Positions 40,701 through 46,773 of a stretch of 64,000 nucleotides of DNA are shown piece after piece; positions within the stretch are counted from its first letter, which is position 1; each line of letters opens with the position of its first letter. Below the pieces are notes generated by a model. The model searched no databases. It had not been told where the DNA came from and saw only the letters and a list, made by a program, of their open reading frames with translations. The position numbers and the translations under genes were made by a program. Source of the stretch: Macrostomum hystrix. Lineage: Eukaryota; Animalia; Platyhelminthes. Where the stretch lies: NCBI GenBank assembly GCA_950097015.1, contig CATNEN010000005.1, positions 5,890,001 through 5,954,000 on the forward strand. Direction: 5' to 3'.

Positions 40701-43700
40701 CGTTCTCTATCGTTCTCTATCGCTCTCTATCGTTCTCTATCGCTCCCTATCGTTCACTATCGCTCTCTATCGTTCTCCATCGCTCCCTATCGTTCTCTAT
40801 TGCTCTCTATAATTCTCTATCGTTCTCTATCGCTCTCTATCGTTCTCTATCGCTCTCTATCGTTCTCTATTGCTCTCTATAATTCTCTATCGTTCTCTGT
40901 CGTTCTCTATCGCTCTCTAAACGCATTAGGTAGTTGTCAATTAATACTTATCAGCTTTATTAAAATATATTAGCTATTGAGAAGTAATCGATTGGACAAA
41001 CTAATATTAGTAATAGTGATAAGGTATCAGCTATCAAAGCCTAAAGCTTAAGTTTTATTCGAATGACTTGACTGAAAAATTATAATTTAGTAAAATATAT
41101 AATCATATTAGTAGTATGCGAAGTTTTGGACGAAATGCAATATTTTATATTTTCCCATGAAGGGATTCAATGATAATGGAAAATAACCGCGATAATATTA
41201 ATGAAACTATTGTCTTGAAACTCTTGTGATTTTTTTGAATAAAAAATTGTCTGTGAAGCGATAGCTGTGAAGATAAAAAACAACATATATACTAACTGTT
41301 TCTACCAGTTTAATGTGATGCGTCTATATCGAAAAATCAGTCATTGGAGTTTTTTAGCTTCAAAAGTTATTTTTGGTACTAAAACAGGCAGAAATATATG
41401 TATCTGTAATTGCTGACGTGAATCTACGTATAAAATATACTCTTTGTCTTATCTGATAGTACTAATAATTTTCTAGTCCTATTCTGTCCATCATGCAATC
41501 AAAGAAAAGCTGAATGAATCCGTTTAAACTGTCGATAGCCGTGCATCGAGTTGGAAAACTCGGACTGACGCCACCAAACTGCAGATCGGACGCGTCGACT
41601 AAATTGTGTCAGAGTTATTTTAATTTGGTTTGTTATAATCATCGAAACTGGTTTCTAGTGAAGTAGCAGATTAAAGCAAAATCTAAATTAGACACTAATA
41701 TAGTGCTTTAGTTTAAGTCTAGAAGAACCATTCCACTGATTCCTGAGCACAAACTCACACAGACAGGTGTGTTCATCTGCCCTGACTTTGTCATCGTTAG
41801 GCAAACACTTTAGATAGCTCTGCCACTTATCAGCCCTCTAAATGCGCTTTTGTCGTTAATAACGAGTTTACCTATTTTATGGCACCGATTCAATTTTTTT
41901 TCAGATCCTAGCAAAGTTTTCTTCGTAGTAAGTAACTCAAGCACACACTAAAAGTAGAAGCGAAAATCTAGGAAAATTAAAACTCTAGGAGGCTTTTAAT
42001 AGCGATCGAAAATTGATTTCTGTCAATGAAAAAGCGACCGAAAACGATTACACACGAATGTAAACAAAAACTTCTTACGAATTTCGCTGCTGCTTGGCGG
42101 CCAAAACGTTGCAACGCCACACGGTGAATGCCTTCCATAGGCGAAATTGTCGAAACGTTCTGATATCGCCAATAGCTTGGCAAAGGTCGCGTTCAAATAG
42201 CCACAAGACAGTGGGAATGCTGACTATGTCTTGCGCCCCGTTGGGCAACTTTTCAAACTAAAAATGTTTGGTTTTGTTTTGTTTAGCTTTGATTTAGGCA
42301 GGGCTTGATTGGCTACGGCTACTGGTTGGCTCAAGATACTAATTGGCTCAAGCTACTGATTGGCTACAGCTACTGATTGGCTACGCTACTGATTGGCTCA
42401 AGCTACTGATTAGCTACGCTACTGATTGGCTACGGCTACTGATTGGTTACGGCTACTGATTGGCTACGCTACTGATTGGCTACAGCTACTGATTGGCTAC
42501 GCTACTGATTAGCTACGGCTACTGATTGGCTACGGCTACTGATTGGCTACGACTACTGATTGGCTACGCTACAGATTGGCTACGGCTACTAATTGGCTCA
42601 AGCTACTGATTGGCTACAGCTACTGATTGGCTCAAGCTACTGATTGGCTACAGCTACTGATTGGCTCAAGCTACTGATTAGCTACGCTACTGATTGGCTA
42701 CGGCTACTGATTGGTTACGGCTACTGATTGGCTACGCTACTGATTGGCTACGCTAGTGATTGGCTACGGCTACTGATTGGCTACGGCTACTGATTGGCTA
42801 CGCTACTGATTGGCTACGCTACTGATTGGCTACGGCTACTAATTGGCTCAAGCTACTGATTAGCTACGCTACTGATTGGCTACGGCTACTGATTGGTTAC
42901 GGCTACTGATTGGCTACGCTACTGATTGGCTACGCTAGTGATTGGCTACGGCTACTGATTGGCTACGGCTACTGATTGGCTACGCTACTGATTGGCTACG
43001 CTACTGATTGGCTACGGCTACTAATTGGCTCAAGCTACTGATTGGCTACGCTACTGATTGGCTACGCTAGTGATTGGCTACGGCTACTGATTGGCTACGC
43101 TACTGATTGGCTACGCTAGTGATTGGCTACGGCTACTGATTGGCTACGGCTACTGATTGGCTACGGCTACTGATTGGCTACGGCTACTAATTGGCTCAAG
43201 CTACTGATTGGCTACAGCTACTGATTGGCTACGCTACTGATTGGCTACGGCTACTGATTGGTTACGGCTACTGATTGGCTATGGCTACTGATTTGCTACG
43301 CTACTGATTGGCTACGGCTACTGATTGGCTACGGCTACTGATTGGCTACGGCTACTGATTGGCTCAAGCTACTGATTGGCTACGCTACTGATTGGCTATG
43401 GCTACTGATTTGCTACGCTACTGATTGGCTACGGCTACTGATTGGCTACGGCTACTGATTGGCTACGGCTACTGATTGGCTACGGCTACTGATTGGCTAC
43501 GGCTACTGATTGGCTACGGCTACTGATTGGCTACGGCTACTGATTGGCTCAAGCTACTGATTGGCTACGCTACTGATTGGCTACGGCTACTGATTGGCTA
43601 CGCTACTGATTGGCTACGGTTACTGATTGGCTACGGCTACTGATTGGCTCAAGCTACTGATTGGCTACGGCTACTGATTGGCTACAGAGACATTTTGTCT

Positions 43701-46700
43701 TCAAAATGTATTTTGTCTTTTGTCTACAGAGACATCTTAATTTTGTAAATTCTAAGAATCTGAAACTTGTCACTCACCCGCGTCACAAACGAAGCCGACA
43801 CGGTCCAATACACAGCAGATTGCTTAGCCTCGTAGGCAGACACAGCCTCAATGTTGTACGGAGTATACCGAGGACACCGTTGACCTCTGGACTCCAACAG
43901 GCAATAGACAAACTCGCCGTCATCTTCTCTAGACAGAGCCCTAGCTTGAACTCGCTCCATTGTCTCCTCGAAGGCGTGCAAGCCGATGCTAGCTTGAAAT
44001 ACGCCAGTTGAAGCAGCGTCTGGATTAACGCCAGCGTCCGTCTCGGCGTGTTTCTCAGCTGAGCCAACTAGAAACTCCGAAACGTCGATGCCGGCTACTC
44101 GAGCTTCGCGTTGAAGCAGACGAATCATCTGGCGTCTAGCCAGGGGGCCCGGTTGGGGCACCTCTGTGCGCCAGTTGAGACGCTGACGTAGTCGAATAAT
44201 GTTGCGCACAATGTCCCTATCGGCTGGGGCTGGTGAGGATTGATCGAGGTGTAACAGTTCTGAGTTAACATACGCTTTGGCTGGCAACCACTTCCTACTT
44301 TACGATAACTCCCAAACCGAAGCTATCGTAAACAAACCAAACCAAATATTTCAGCCGACCAGATTATTTGATAACATTTTCTGAGCAGAACATTTTTGTC
44401 TATTTTTGTGGTTTTTTGCCACCAGACACCCGACGAGAATCGTTGAATATCTCGACTGTTGTGATGTCTTGTGTTCCGGGCCTTCATAGCAATTGGTTCA
44501 ATATTTTAGGAGAATCAGAAAAAAATGCATTTGAAATACCCCCATTGACTTTCTACTGTTACGGAACAATCCATACCCTCCGTTTCTTCAGGAGAACAAT
44601 CCATACCCTCCGTTTCTTCAGGAGAACAATCCATACCCTCCGTTTCTTCAGGAGAACAATCCATACCCTCCGTTTCTTCAGGGGAACAATCCATAGCCTC
44701 CGTTTCTTCAGGGGAACAATCCATACCCTCCGTTTCTTCAGGGGAACAATCCATACCCTCCGTTTCTTCAGGGGAACAATCCATACCCTCCGTTTCTTCA
44801 GGGGAATAATCCACTTTCTCCATTTCTTCAGGGGAATAATCCACTTTCTCCGTTTCTTCAGGGGAATAATCCACTTTCTCCATTTCTTCAGGGGAATAAT
44901 CCACTTTCTCCACTTCTTCAGGGGAACAATCCACTTTCTCCGTTTCTTCAGGGGAATAATCCACTTTCTCTATTTCTTCAGGGGAATAATCCACTTTCTC
45001 CACTTCTTTAGGGGAACAATCCACTTTCTCCGGTTCTTCAGGGGAAGAACACATGTATATTAGTAATAATATTGATAAAAGTTGCAGGAGGGCTGTGGTG
45101 ACACTAGCTGTGTATAACAACTCGTCGTCAGACTGTGTACCCTCTCACTGTGCATTTAAGGTTAGCCCTTAAGCTATAAATAAATGTTGCCTCGATGGGG
45201 AATCGAGTTCAGGGACCTTGCTACGAGTTAGACTGCTCTTAGCCAGTAGCCGGTAGCCAAAGCCAGTTACTAACCTGAATCGTCAAATTTTTTCTCTTCT
45301 AGAAGCAATCTGCGACTCTTCTGAGGCGCTAGAGACGACGAAGGACGAAAATCGACGACAACTCGGCGCTCAGTAACAGTCGTAGCCTCGGGTTCAACAA
45401 CTGGCGCCTCTTCAGTGGAAGCCTCTTTGTCATCAGCATCGATGCCGGATGCTGGCGTCCACTCAGGCTTCTCCAACGGCGGCAGTCTAGGCGGCATTGT
45501 CTTGGGCAAGTAGGAGGCCAGGCCAGCGAATGGCGTCTCGACGACTCCATCCGAGTCCTTCTTAACGCGCTGTCGAAGCTTCCTCTGGTGGCTATCGCGC
45601 GAGAAGTACTCGGTGCGTATTGTGGCTGAGCTTGAAGGAATGTTCTCGCCAGTTGGGAATGTCTGCGAATATTGTTTTGGGTCTAGTAAGCTGGTGACAA
45701 TCAATCATAAATACACAAATACTATATTTTAAGATACCAATAAATTTTATATTGCTACAATTTAACAAGTTTTAGAACTGATGCGAGCATTAGCTGAGTG
45801 GCAGGGCAGTTAAAAGTGTCTGATTCTCGCACCAAGGTTCTGAGCTCGATTCCAACGGCGAGGCATTTGGGGCGCAGCCACGGAGAGAGGGTTTGCATTT
45901 TATTCCCTTGAGGGCAAAAATGTAAGGCATAGAGAGAGTGTACACTATCTCACAATGAGGAAGTCAGGGCAGATGTACACACCCTGCGTGAGTGTGTGCC
46001 TAATAATAATAATTGACACCAGACCCAAGGGCCAGTGCAGGTTTTGTGTGTCAGGCACACTAGCAGGTGGGGACTGCACACCTATTGTACTCCCCGGCTC
46101 TCTCGGACACCGGTTGACAGCCGCGTGTCAGCAATGGAATTTATTTTTCCAAACATATCGGCAGCATCCAAACCCCACAGAATTGCCGCACAGAACTGCT
46201 TTATTCCACGCCAGCCGGAATTATTATTACCCGACGAAATGTCGGTACTCATTTGCAGCTGAGTAGACTGTGTGCACATCAGGGCAAAGCAGATTGCCAA
46301 GGGCTGCACGAATAGTTCTAGACTAGGTCGGGAGTCGAACCCAGGACCATCTGATCCAGAGTCCGACACCTTACTGACTGAGCTATCCGCCCTTGATAGG
46401 CGGATCCTAACAAGATCCTGAGTATTCAGGAGTCAGTGGAATAAGCTTTATCACCTAACTAGTTATTTTAAATACCCACTGCCTACATACTACCTACCTA
46501 CCTACCTACCTACCTACAAGTAGAGGACAAATACAAAATACAAGATAAAGACTTAGTTAATTGATGTAAAGAAGCAAAGTACGGCTTGTAACTAACCTTA
46601 AATCCAAAAGCAACTTCGCTGTCTACGGCGGTCAAAACGCCGCTTTTGCCAACATCCTGACTGAGCCTTCCAGCCAGACTGTCCTTCATCACTCTAGCAG

Positions 46701-46773
46701 CCGACTGGTCTTTGTAGCTAGATAGAACAGCCCCACCCTTGGCTGAAGCAGATGACAATTCGCTACGAGACAT
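591..46773 (-). CDS. DNAH14: Axonemal inner-arm dynein heavy chain, DNAH14-like (DNAH6/DNAH14 class); 27 exons in window, 3' end runs off the window start
   Basis: Hand-spliced 27 GT-AG exons, 13,587 nt, cumulative phase consistent at all junctions. P-loops GPAGTGKT (AAA1), GPTCGGKT (AAA2), GESGVGKT (AAA3), GIDGTGKT (AAA4). Linker motif [18 protein letters not shown] and stalk/MTBD are present. [12 protein letters not shown], an insert before [12 protein letters not shown], and an insert after the AAA3 Walker A ([11 protein letters not shown]) match my recollection of vertebrate DNAH14 rather than DNAH6; not database-checked. Confidence 0.85.
1399..2080. repeat. 24-bp minisatellite (ATATCTGACATCCTACTGTCACCA), about 28 copies, fills intron 26
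   Basis: Direct reading; 8-aa periodic ORFs. Confidence 0.97.
2103..3332 (-). CDS. DNAH14: Dynein exon 26 (strut/AAA5 lid/AAA6: [27 protein letters not shown])
   Basis: Within ORF 2099..3424; acceptor TTCTCAG phase 2, donor AA|GTGAGT phase 2. Confidence 0.95.
3530..3885. repeat. Degenerate pyrimidine-rich repeat (CCCATTCTCTTCCTATTCT-like), intron 25
   Basis: Direct reading. Confidence 0.9.
3885..4052 (-). mobile_element. Family A SINE fragment
   Basis: Reverse complement of the family A body; reverse B-box GGATTCGAACTC lies just inside the donor at 4060. Confidence 0.75.
4061..4464 (-). CDS. DNAH14: Dynein exon 25 (AAA5: [28 protein letters not shown])
   Basis: Acceptor TCATCAG phase 0, donor AG|GTGAGT phase 2. 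Confidence 0.95.
4625..5350. repeat. 16-bp minisatellite (TCCCTAAACTACACAT), about 45 copies, intron 24
   Basis: Direct reading; degenerate edges. Confidence 0.95.
5537..6752 (-). CDS. DNAH14: Dynein exon 24 (coiled-coil stalk, microtubule-binding domain, AAA5 start: [13 protein letters not shown])
   Basis: ORF 5519..6745; MTBD motif [19 protein letters not shown]; acceptor AATTCAG, donor CAG|GTAAAT. Confidence 0.95.
7093..7274 (-). CDS. DNAH14: Dynein exon 23 (AAA4 end: [14 protein letters not shown])
   Basis: Conserved YVTP.SY motif; acceptor TTCACAG, donor AG|GTTATT. Confidence 0.93.
7296..7659 (+). mobile_element. tRNA-derived SINE (family A), full length
   Basis: A-box TGGCAGGACGG, B-box-like GAGCTCGATTC, body AGTGTACACTGCCTGACGATGAGAAAGTCAGGGCAGAT, TAT-repeat tail, near-perfect 12-bp TSD AAG(G/T)ATTTATGA. 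Confidence 0.85.
7735..8751 (-). CDS. DNAH14: Dynein exon 22 (AAA4: [32 protein letters not shown])
   Basis: ORF 7720..8751; acceptor TCGCCAG, donor ACT|GTGAGT. Confidence 0.95.
8869..9121 (-). CDS. DNAH14: Dynein exon 21 (AAA3: [23 protein letters not shown])
   Basis: Manual translation; conserved PTP.K.HY.FNLRD motif; acceptor TTCACAG, donor AAG|GTAAGT. Confidence 0.95.
9215..9590 (-). CDS. DNAH14: Dynein exon 20 (AAA3: [25 protein letters not shown])
   Basis: Acceptor TTGACAG phase 1, donor AG|GTGAGA phase 2. Confidence 0.95.
10551..11263 (-). CDS. DNAH14: Dynein exon 19 (AAA2/AAA3: [13 protein letters not shown])
   Basis: Acceptor TGCACAG phase 2, donor A|GTAAGT phase 1. Confidence 0.95.
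11857..12463 (-). CDS. DNAH14: Dynein exon 18 (AAA2: [38 protein letters not shown])
   Basis: Acceptor CTAACCTAACTGAATCAG with branch-like CTAAC, phase 1; donor GA|GTAAGG. Confidence 0.95.
13159..13327 (-). CDS. DNAH14: Dynein exon 17 (Ser/Ala/Asp-rich insert within AAA2)
   Basis: Acceptor ATTTCAG phase 0, donor AAG|GTGATT phase 1; needed to put exon 18 in frame. Reads [24 protein letters not shown]...LPYQ, a different frame from the tracked ORF. Confidence 0.8.
13352..13640 (+). mobile_element. Family A SINE, rearranged fragment
   Basis: TGGGGGCTTGT, TACACTGCCTGACGAAGAGAAAGTCAGAGCAGATGTACACACC, GAATTGCCTCC blocks. Confidence 0.7.
13684..13899 (-). CDS. DNAH14: Dynein exon 16 (AAA2: [13 protein letters not shown]...EWTDGL, then Q14 tract)
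   Basis: Acceptor CGCTCAG, donor AAC|GTAAGA; polyQ at 13708-13749. Confidence 0.92.
13962..14557. mobile_element. Non-autonomous hAT (Buster/Charlie-type) MITE with internal minisatellite
   Basis: TIRs CAGGGGTTGGCAACCT / AGGTTGCCGGCCACTG; subterminal CCCGCGGGC/GCGGGCCGCA motifs; perfect 8-bp TSD AATTAGAG (13954-13961, 14558-14565) with central TA. Confidence 0.9.
14040..14462. repeat. Purine-rich minisatellite (GAGAGATGAGACAGGG-like, variable 14-21 bp) inside the hAT MITE
   Basis: Direct reading. Confidence 0.9.
15214..15465 (-). CDS. DNAH14: Dynein exon 15 (AAA2: [15 protein letters not shown])
   Basis: AAA2 Walker A; acceptor CTATGAAG phase 0, donor CAG|GTGAGT. Confidence 0.92.
15487..16930. 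repeat. 61-bp minisatellite, about 23 copies, intron 14, with a 122-bp dimeric sub-block
   Basis: Unit AAACCACTCAGAAACTGCTGAAGAAACTGACAATGAGTCAGGCGATTCTTGGGAAGATTCC. Confidence 0.95.
17081..17294 (-). CDS. DNAH14: Dynein exon 14 ([27 protein letters not shown])
   Basis: Conserved AAA1 small-domain motif; acceptor TCCTCAG phase 2, donor GAT|GTGAGT. Confidence 0.93.
18505..19850. repeat. 16-bp minisatellite (AGATAATCCACCTGTT), about 84 copies, intron 13
   Basis: Direct reading; ends about 12 nt from the donor at 19862. Confidence 0.97.
19863..20239 (-). CDS. DNAH14: Dynein exon 13 (AAA1: [36 protein letters not shown])
   Basis: Conserved AAA1 sensor motifs; acceptor TTTCCAG, donor GG|GTGAGT. 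Confidence 0.97.
20330..22115. repeat. 28-bp (2x14) minisatellite GGGATTTAGAATCTGGGATTTCAGATGT, about 64 copies, intron 12
   Basis: Direct reading. Confidence 0.97.
22249..22639 (-). CDS. DNAH14: Dynein exon 12 (AAA1: [31 protein letters not shown])
   Basis: Canonical AAA1 Walker A/B; acceptor TGTACAG, donor CAG|GTTGGT. Confidence 0.97.
22785..23085. repeat. 18-bp minisatellite GAAGATTTCTAGGAAAGT, about 16 copies, intron 11
   Basis: Direct reading. Confidence 0.95.
23397..23647 (-). CDS. DNAH14: Dynein exon 11 ([14 protein letters not shown]...DFNWK)
   Basis: Acceptor TTTTCAG phase 0, donor AA|GTTAGT phase 2. Confidence 0.9.
23677..24745. repeat. 14-bp minisatellite GGGATCTCTGGTGT, about 76 copies, intron 10
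   Basis: Direct reading. Confidence 0.97.
24920..25050 (-). mobile_element. Family B SINE fragment
   Basis: Shares CAGCTATTGCGCGG, CAGTCCATGGACTG and a reverse B-box (GAATCGAACTC). Confidence 0.6.
25099..25204 (-). CDS. DNAH14: Dynein exon 10 ([14 protein letters not shown])
   Basis: Acceptor TTTTCAG phase 2, donor GCG|GTGAGC phase 0. Confidence 0.9.
25252..25600 (+). mobile_element. Family A SINE, full length
   Basis: Colinear with 7296-7659; ATT tail. Confidence 0.85.
26166..26240 (-). CDS. DNAH14: Dynein exon 9 ([24 protein letters not shown])
   Basis: 75-nt phase 2-2 exon found manually; the G.VE.WL..VE..M motif is conserved in dyneins. Confidence 0.9.
26291..26520 (+). mobile_element. 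Family A SINE, 5' truncated
   Basis: Family A body and ATT tail. Confidence 0.8.
26548..27305 (-). CDS. DNAH14: Dynein exon 8 (linker/DHC_N2: [24 protein letters not shown])
   Basis: Hallmark dynein linker motifs; acceptor TGTGCAG phase 0, donor AA|GTGAGC phase 2. Confidence 0.95.
27322..27980. repeat. 14-bp (2x7) minisatellite GGGATATGGGAAAT, about 47 copies, intron 7
   Basis: Direct reading; nearly homogeneous core. Confidence 0.97.
28213..28621 (-). CDS. DNAH14: Dynein exon 7 (tail/linker start, [11 protein letters not shown])
   Basis: Acceptor ATTGCAG phase 2, donor AAT|GTGAGT phase 0. Confidence 0.9.
28648..29310. repeat. 7-bp repeat GGGATCT/AGGATCT, about 94 copies, intron 6
   Basis: Direct reading. 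Confidence 0.97.
29394..30837 (-). CDS. DNAH14: Dynein exon 6 (tail; acidic tract [18 protein letters not shown])
   Basis: Acceptor ATTTCAG phase 1, donor GA|GTGAGT phase 2; contains ORF 29390..30775. Confidence 0.85.
31092..31428 (-). mobile_element. tRNA-derived CORE-like SINE (family B), full length
   Basis: Colinear with 16-314; 13-bp TSD TAGGTGTAATAAA (31079-31091, 31429-31441); AAT-repeat tail. Confidence 0.88.
31442..31715 (-). mobile_element. Family A SINE, 5' truncated
   Basis: Reverse complement of the family A body, directly after the family B copy. Confidence 0.8.
31758..32671 (-). CDS. DNAH14: Dynein exon 5 (tail; includes 13-Ala tract)
   Basis: Acceptor ATTTCAG phase 2, donor A|GTAAGT phase 1; contains ORF 31750..32562. 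Confidence 0.8.
32820..32935 (-). mobile_element. Family A SINE fragment
   Basis: TTTCTCATCGCCAGGCAGTGTACACTATCACTGTGCC and reverse B-box GGATTCGAACTC. Confidence 0.7.
33224..33900 (-). pseudogene. Ty3/Gypsy (K02A2.6-like) LTR retrotransposon gag relic, frameshifted, no pol or LTR seen
   Basis: YVERMEQYF...LFRDLCQP in one frame, then [22 protein letters not shown]...CKFG...RLRDQFLFG and a CxxCxxxHxxxxC knuckle ([13 protein letters not shown]) in the -1 frame; break at an A6 run (33749-33754). Confidence 0.85.
34274..34636 (+). CDS. Nested class A (rhodopsin-like) GPCR, exon 1 (N-terminus, TM1-TM2)
   Basis: ORF 34271..34648 has two hydrophobic segments and N-glycosylation sequons (NGS, NAS); donor CAG|GTAAAT phase 0. 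Confidence 0.75.
34757..35345. repeat. 21-bp minisatellite TAATTGATACCTTCAGTACTC, about 28 copies, in the GPCR intron
   Basis: Direct reading; 7-aa periodic ORFs. Confidence 0.96.
35575..36408 (+). CDS. Nested class A GPCR, exon 2 (TM3-TM7, C-tail); peptide-receptor-like orphan
   Basis: Acceptor TTTTAAACAG, phase 0, in frame with ORF 35683..36408. [14 protein letters not shown] is at the DRY position, TM5 has Pro, TM6 reads FTVLHTP, TM7 reads DSVCNLCVY, helix 8 reads EFRQ. About 398 aa spliced. Confidence 0.8.
   Translation, partial: VFLAGIVCCLGDSFLSLRNWCNVLLTAQRTEALARPLRARKLLRRRVFLICLAVSWIIGLGLSIIRSLAEVFVVCDGDAANVYGHIGLPDQLAGRLRQDFNSTTNQWSPFSLLMNYSWFKSFEVYGYFLYQTAAPVALVLAFTVAMVTTMMRRRREQHNDGSLNNRQHNGWRNRLNASRTVLCMAIVFTVLHTPAFVGTVLQNFYPTAFDVASPGGKAFQFCVELCVLLDSVCNLCVYARFVPEFRQACAGRLRQRRTEAGTQRTTQRLHLRTMTRD
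36505..39490. repeat. 30-bp minisatellite AGTATTTAGATTGATA(AA/CA/CC)TTCAGGCTTTTG, about 100 copies
   Basis: Direct reading; recurring 28-bp deletion variants. Confidence 0.97.
40060..40917. repeat. 10-bp repeat CTCTATCG(T/C)T, about 85 copies
   Basis: Direct reading. Confidence 0.95.
41735..41805 (-). mobile_element. Family A SINE fragment
   Basis: TCCTGAGCAC...CAGGTGTGTTCATCTGCCCTGACTTTGTCATCG. Confidence 0.65.
42079..42257 (-). CDS. DNAH14: Dynein exon 4 (FEKLPNG...LWLFERD...[17 protein letters not shown])
   Basis: Not in the ORF track in this frame; found by manual translation. Acceptor TTTTTAG phase 0, donor TC|GTAAGA phase 2, which bridges exons 3 and 5. The FRxWKxFxxW motif is typical of single-headed dynein tails. 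Confidence 0.85.
42305..43686. repeat. 16-17-bp minisatellite GGCTACTGATTGGCTAC, about 80 copies, fills intron 3; most units contain AGCCAATCAG on the minus strand
   Basis: Direct reading. Confidence 0.97.
43778..44280 (-). CDS. DNAH14: Dynein exon 3 (N-terminal tail, YTPYNIEAV...[11 protein letters not shown])
   Basis: Acceptor TTGCCAG phase 1, donor CGG|GTGAGT phase 0; within ORF 43724..44287. Confidence 0.8.
44563..45035. repeat. 30-bp minisatellite CCGTTTCTTCAGGGGAACAATCCATACCCT, about 16 copies in two sub-blocks, intron 2
   Basis: Direct reading; 10-aa periodic ORFs on both strands. Confidence 0.95.
45062..45260 (-). mobile_element. Family A SINE, internally deleted
   Basis: TTGCAGGAGGGCTG, GGTGACACTAG, CTCTCACTGTGC and reverse head GAATCGAGTTCAGGGACCTTG. 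Confidence 0.65.
45275..45662 (-). CDS. DNAH14: Dynein exon 2 (N-terminal tail); acceptor may instead be at 45690
   Basis: Within ORF 45270..45704. Donor CAG|GTTAGT phase 1. The phase-0 acceptor TTCGCAG gives 45662; the phase-2 acceptor CACCAG gives 45690. Confidence 0.65.
45785..46015 (+). mobile_element. Family A SINE
   Basis: Head GAGTGGCAGGGCAGTT...CTCGCACCAAGGTTCTGAGCTCGATTCC, body, AAT tail. Confidence 0.75.
46015..46392 (-). mobile_element. tRNA-derived SINE (tRNA-Gln(CTG)-like head, CORE-like body), related third type
   Basis: Head GGGCGGATAGCTCAGTCAGTAAGG...GGGTTCGACTCCCG followed by CAGTCTACTCAGCTGCAAATGAGTACC; shares an AAT tail with the adjacent family A copy. Confidence 0.7.
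46490..46517. repeat. (CTAC)7 / (GTAG)7 microsatellite in dynein intron 1
   Basis: Direct reading. Confidence 0.9.
46597..46773 (-). CDS. DNAH14: Dynein exon 1 (putative start MSRSELSS...GFK)
   Basis: GCCATG start, open frame, donor AAG|GTTAGT (phase 0). An alternative donor at 46514/46513 exists, and an upstream acceptor CTAACAG at 46811 could mean further 5' exons. Confidence 0.5.

Noticed and set aside
46326-46392. tRNA-Gln(CTG) gene
   Set aside because: The anticodon stem has a mismatch, the acceptor stem does not close, and a CORE-like SINE body follows; it is better read as a SINE head.
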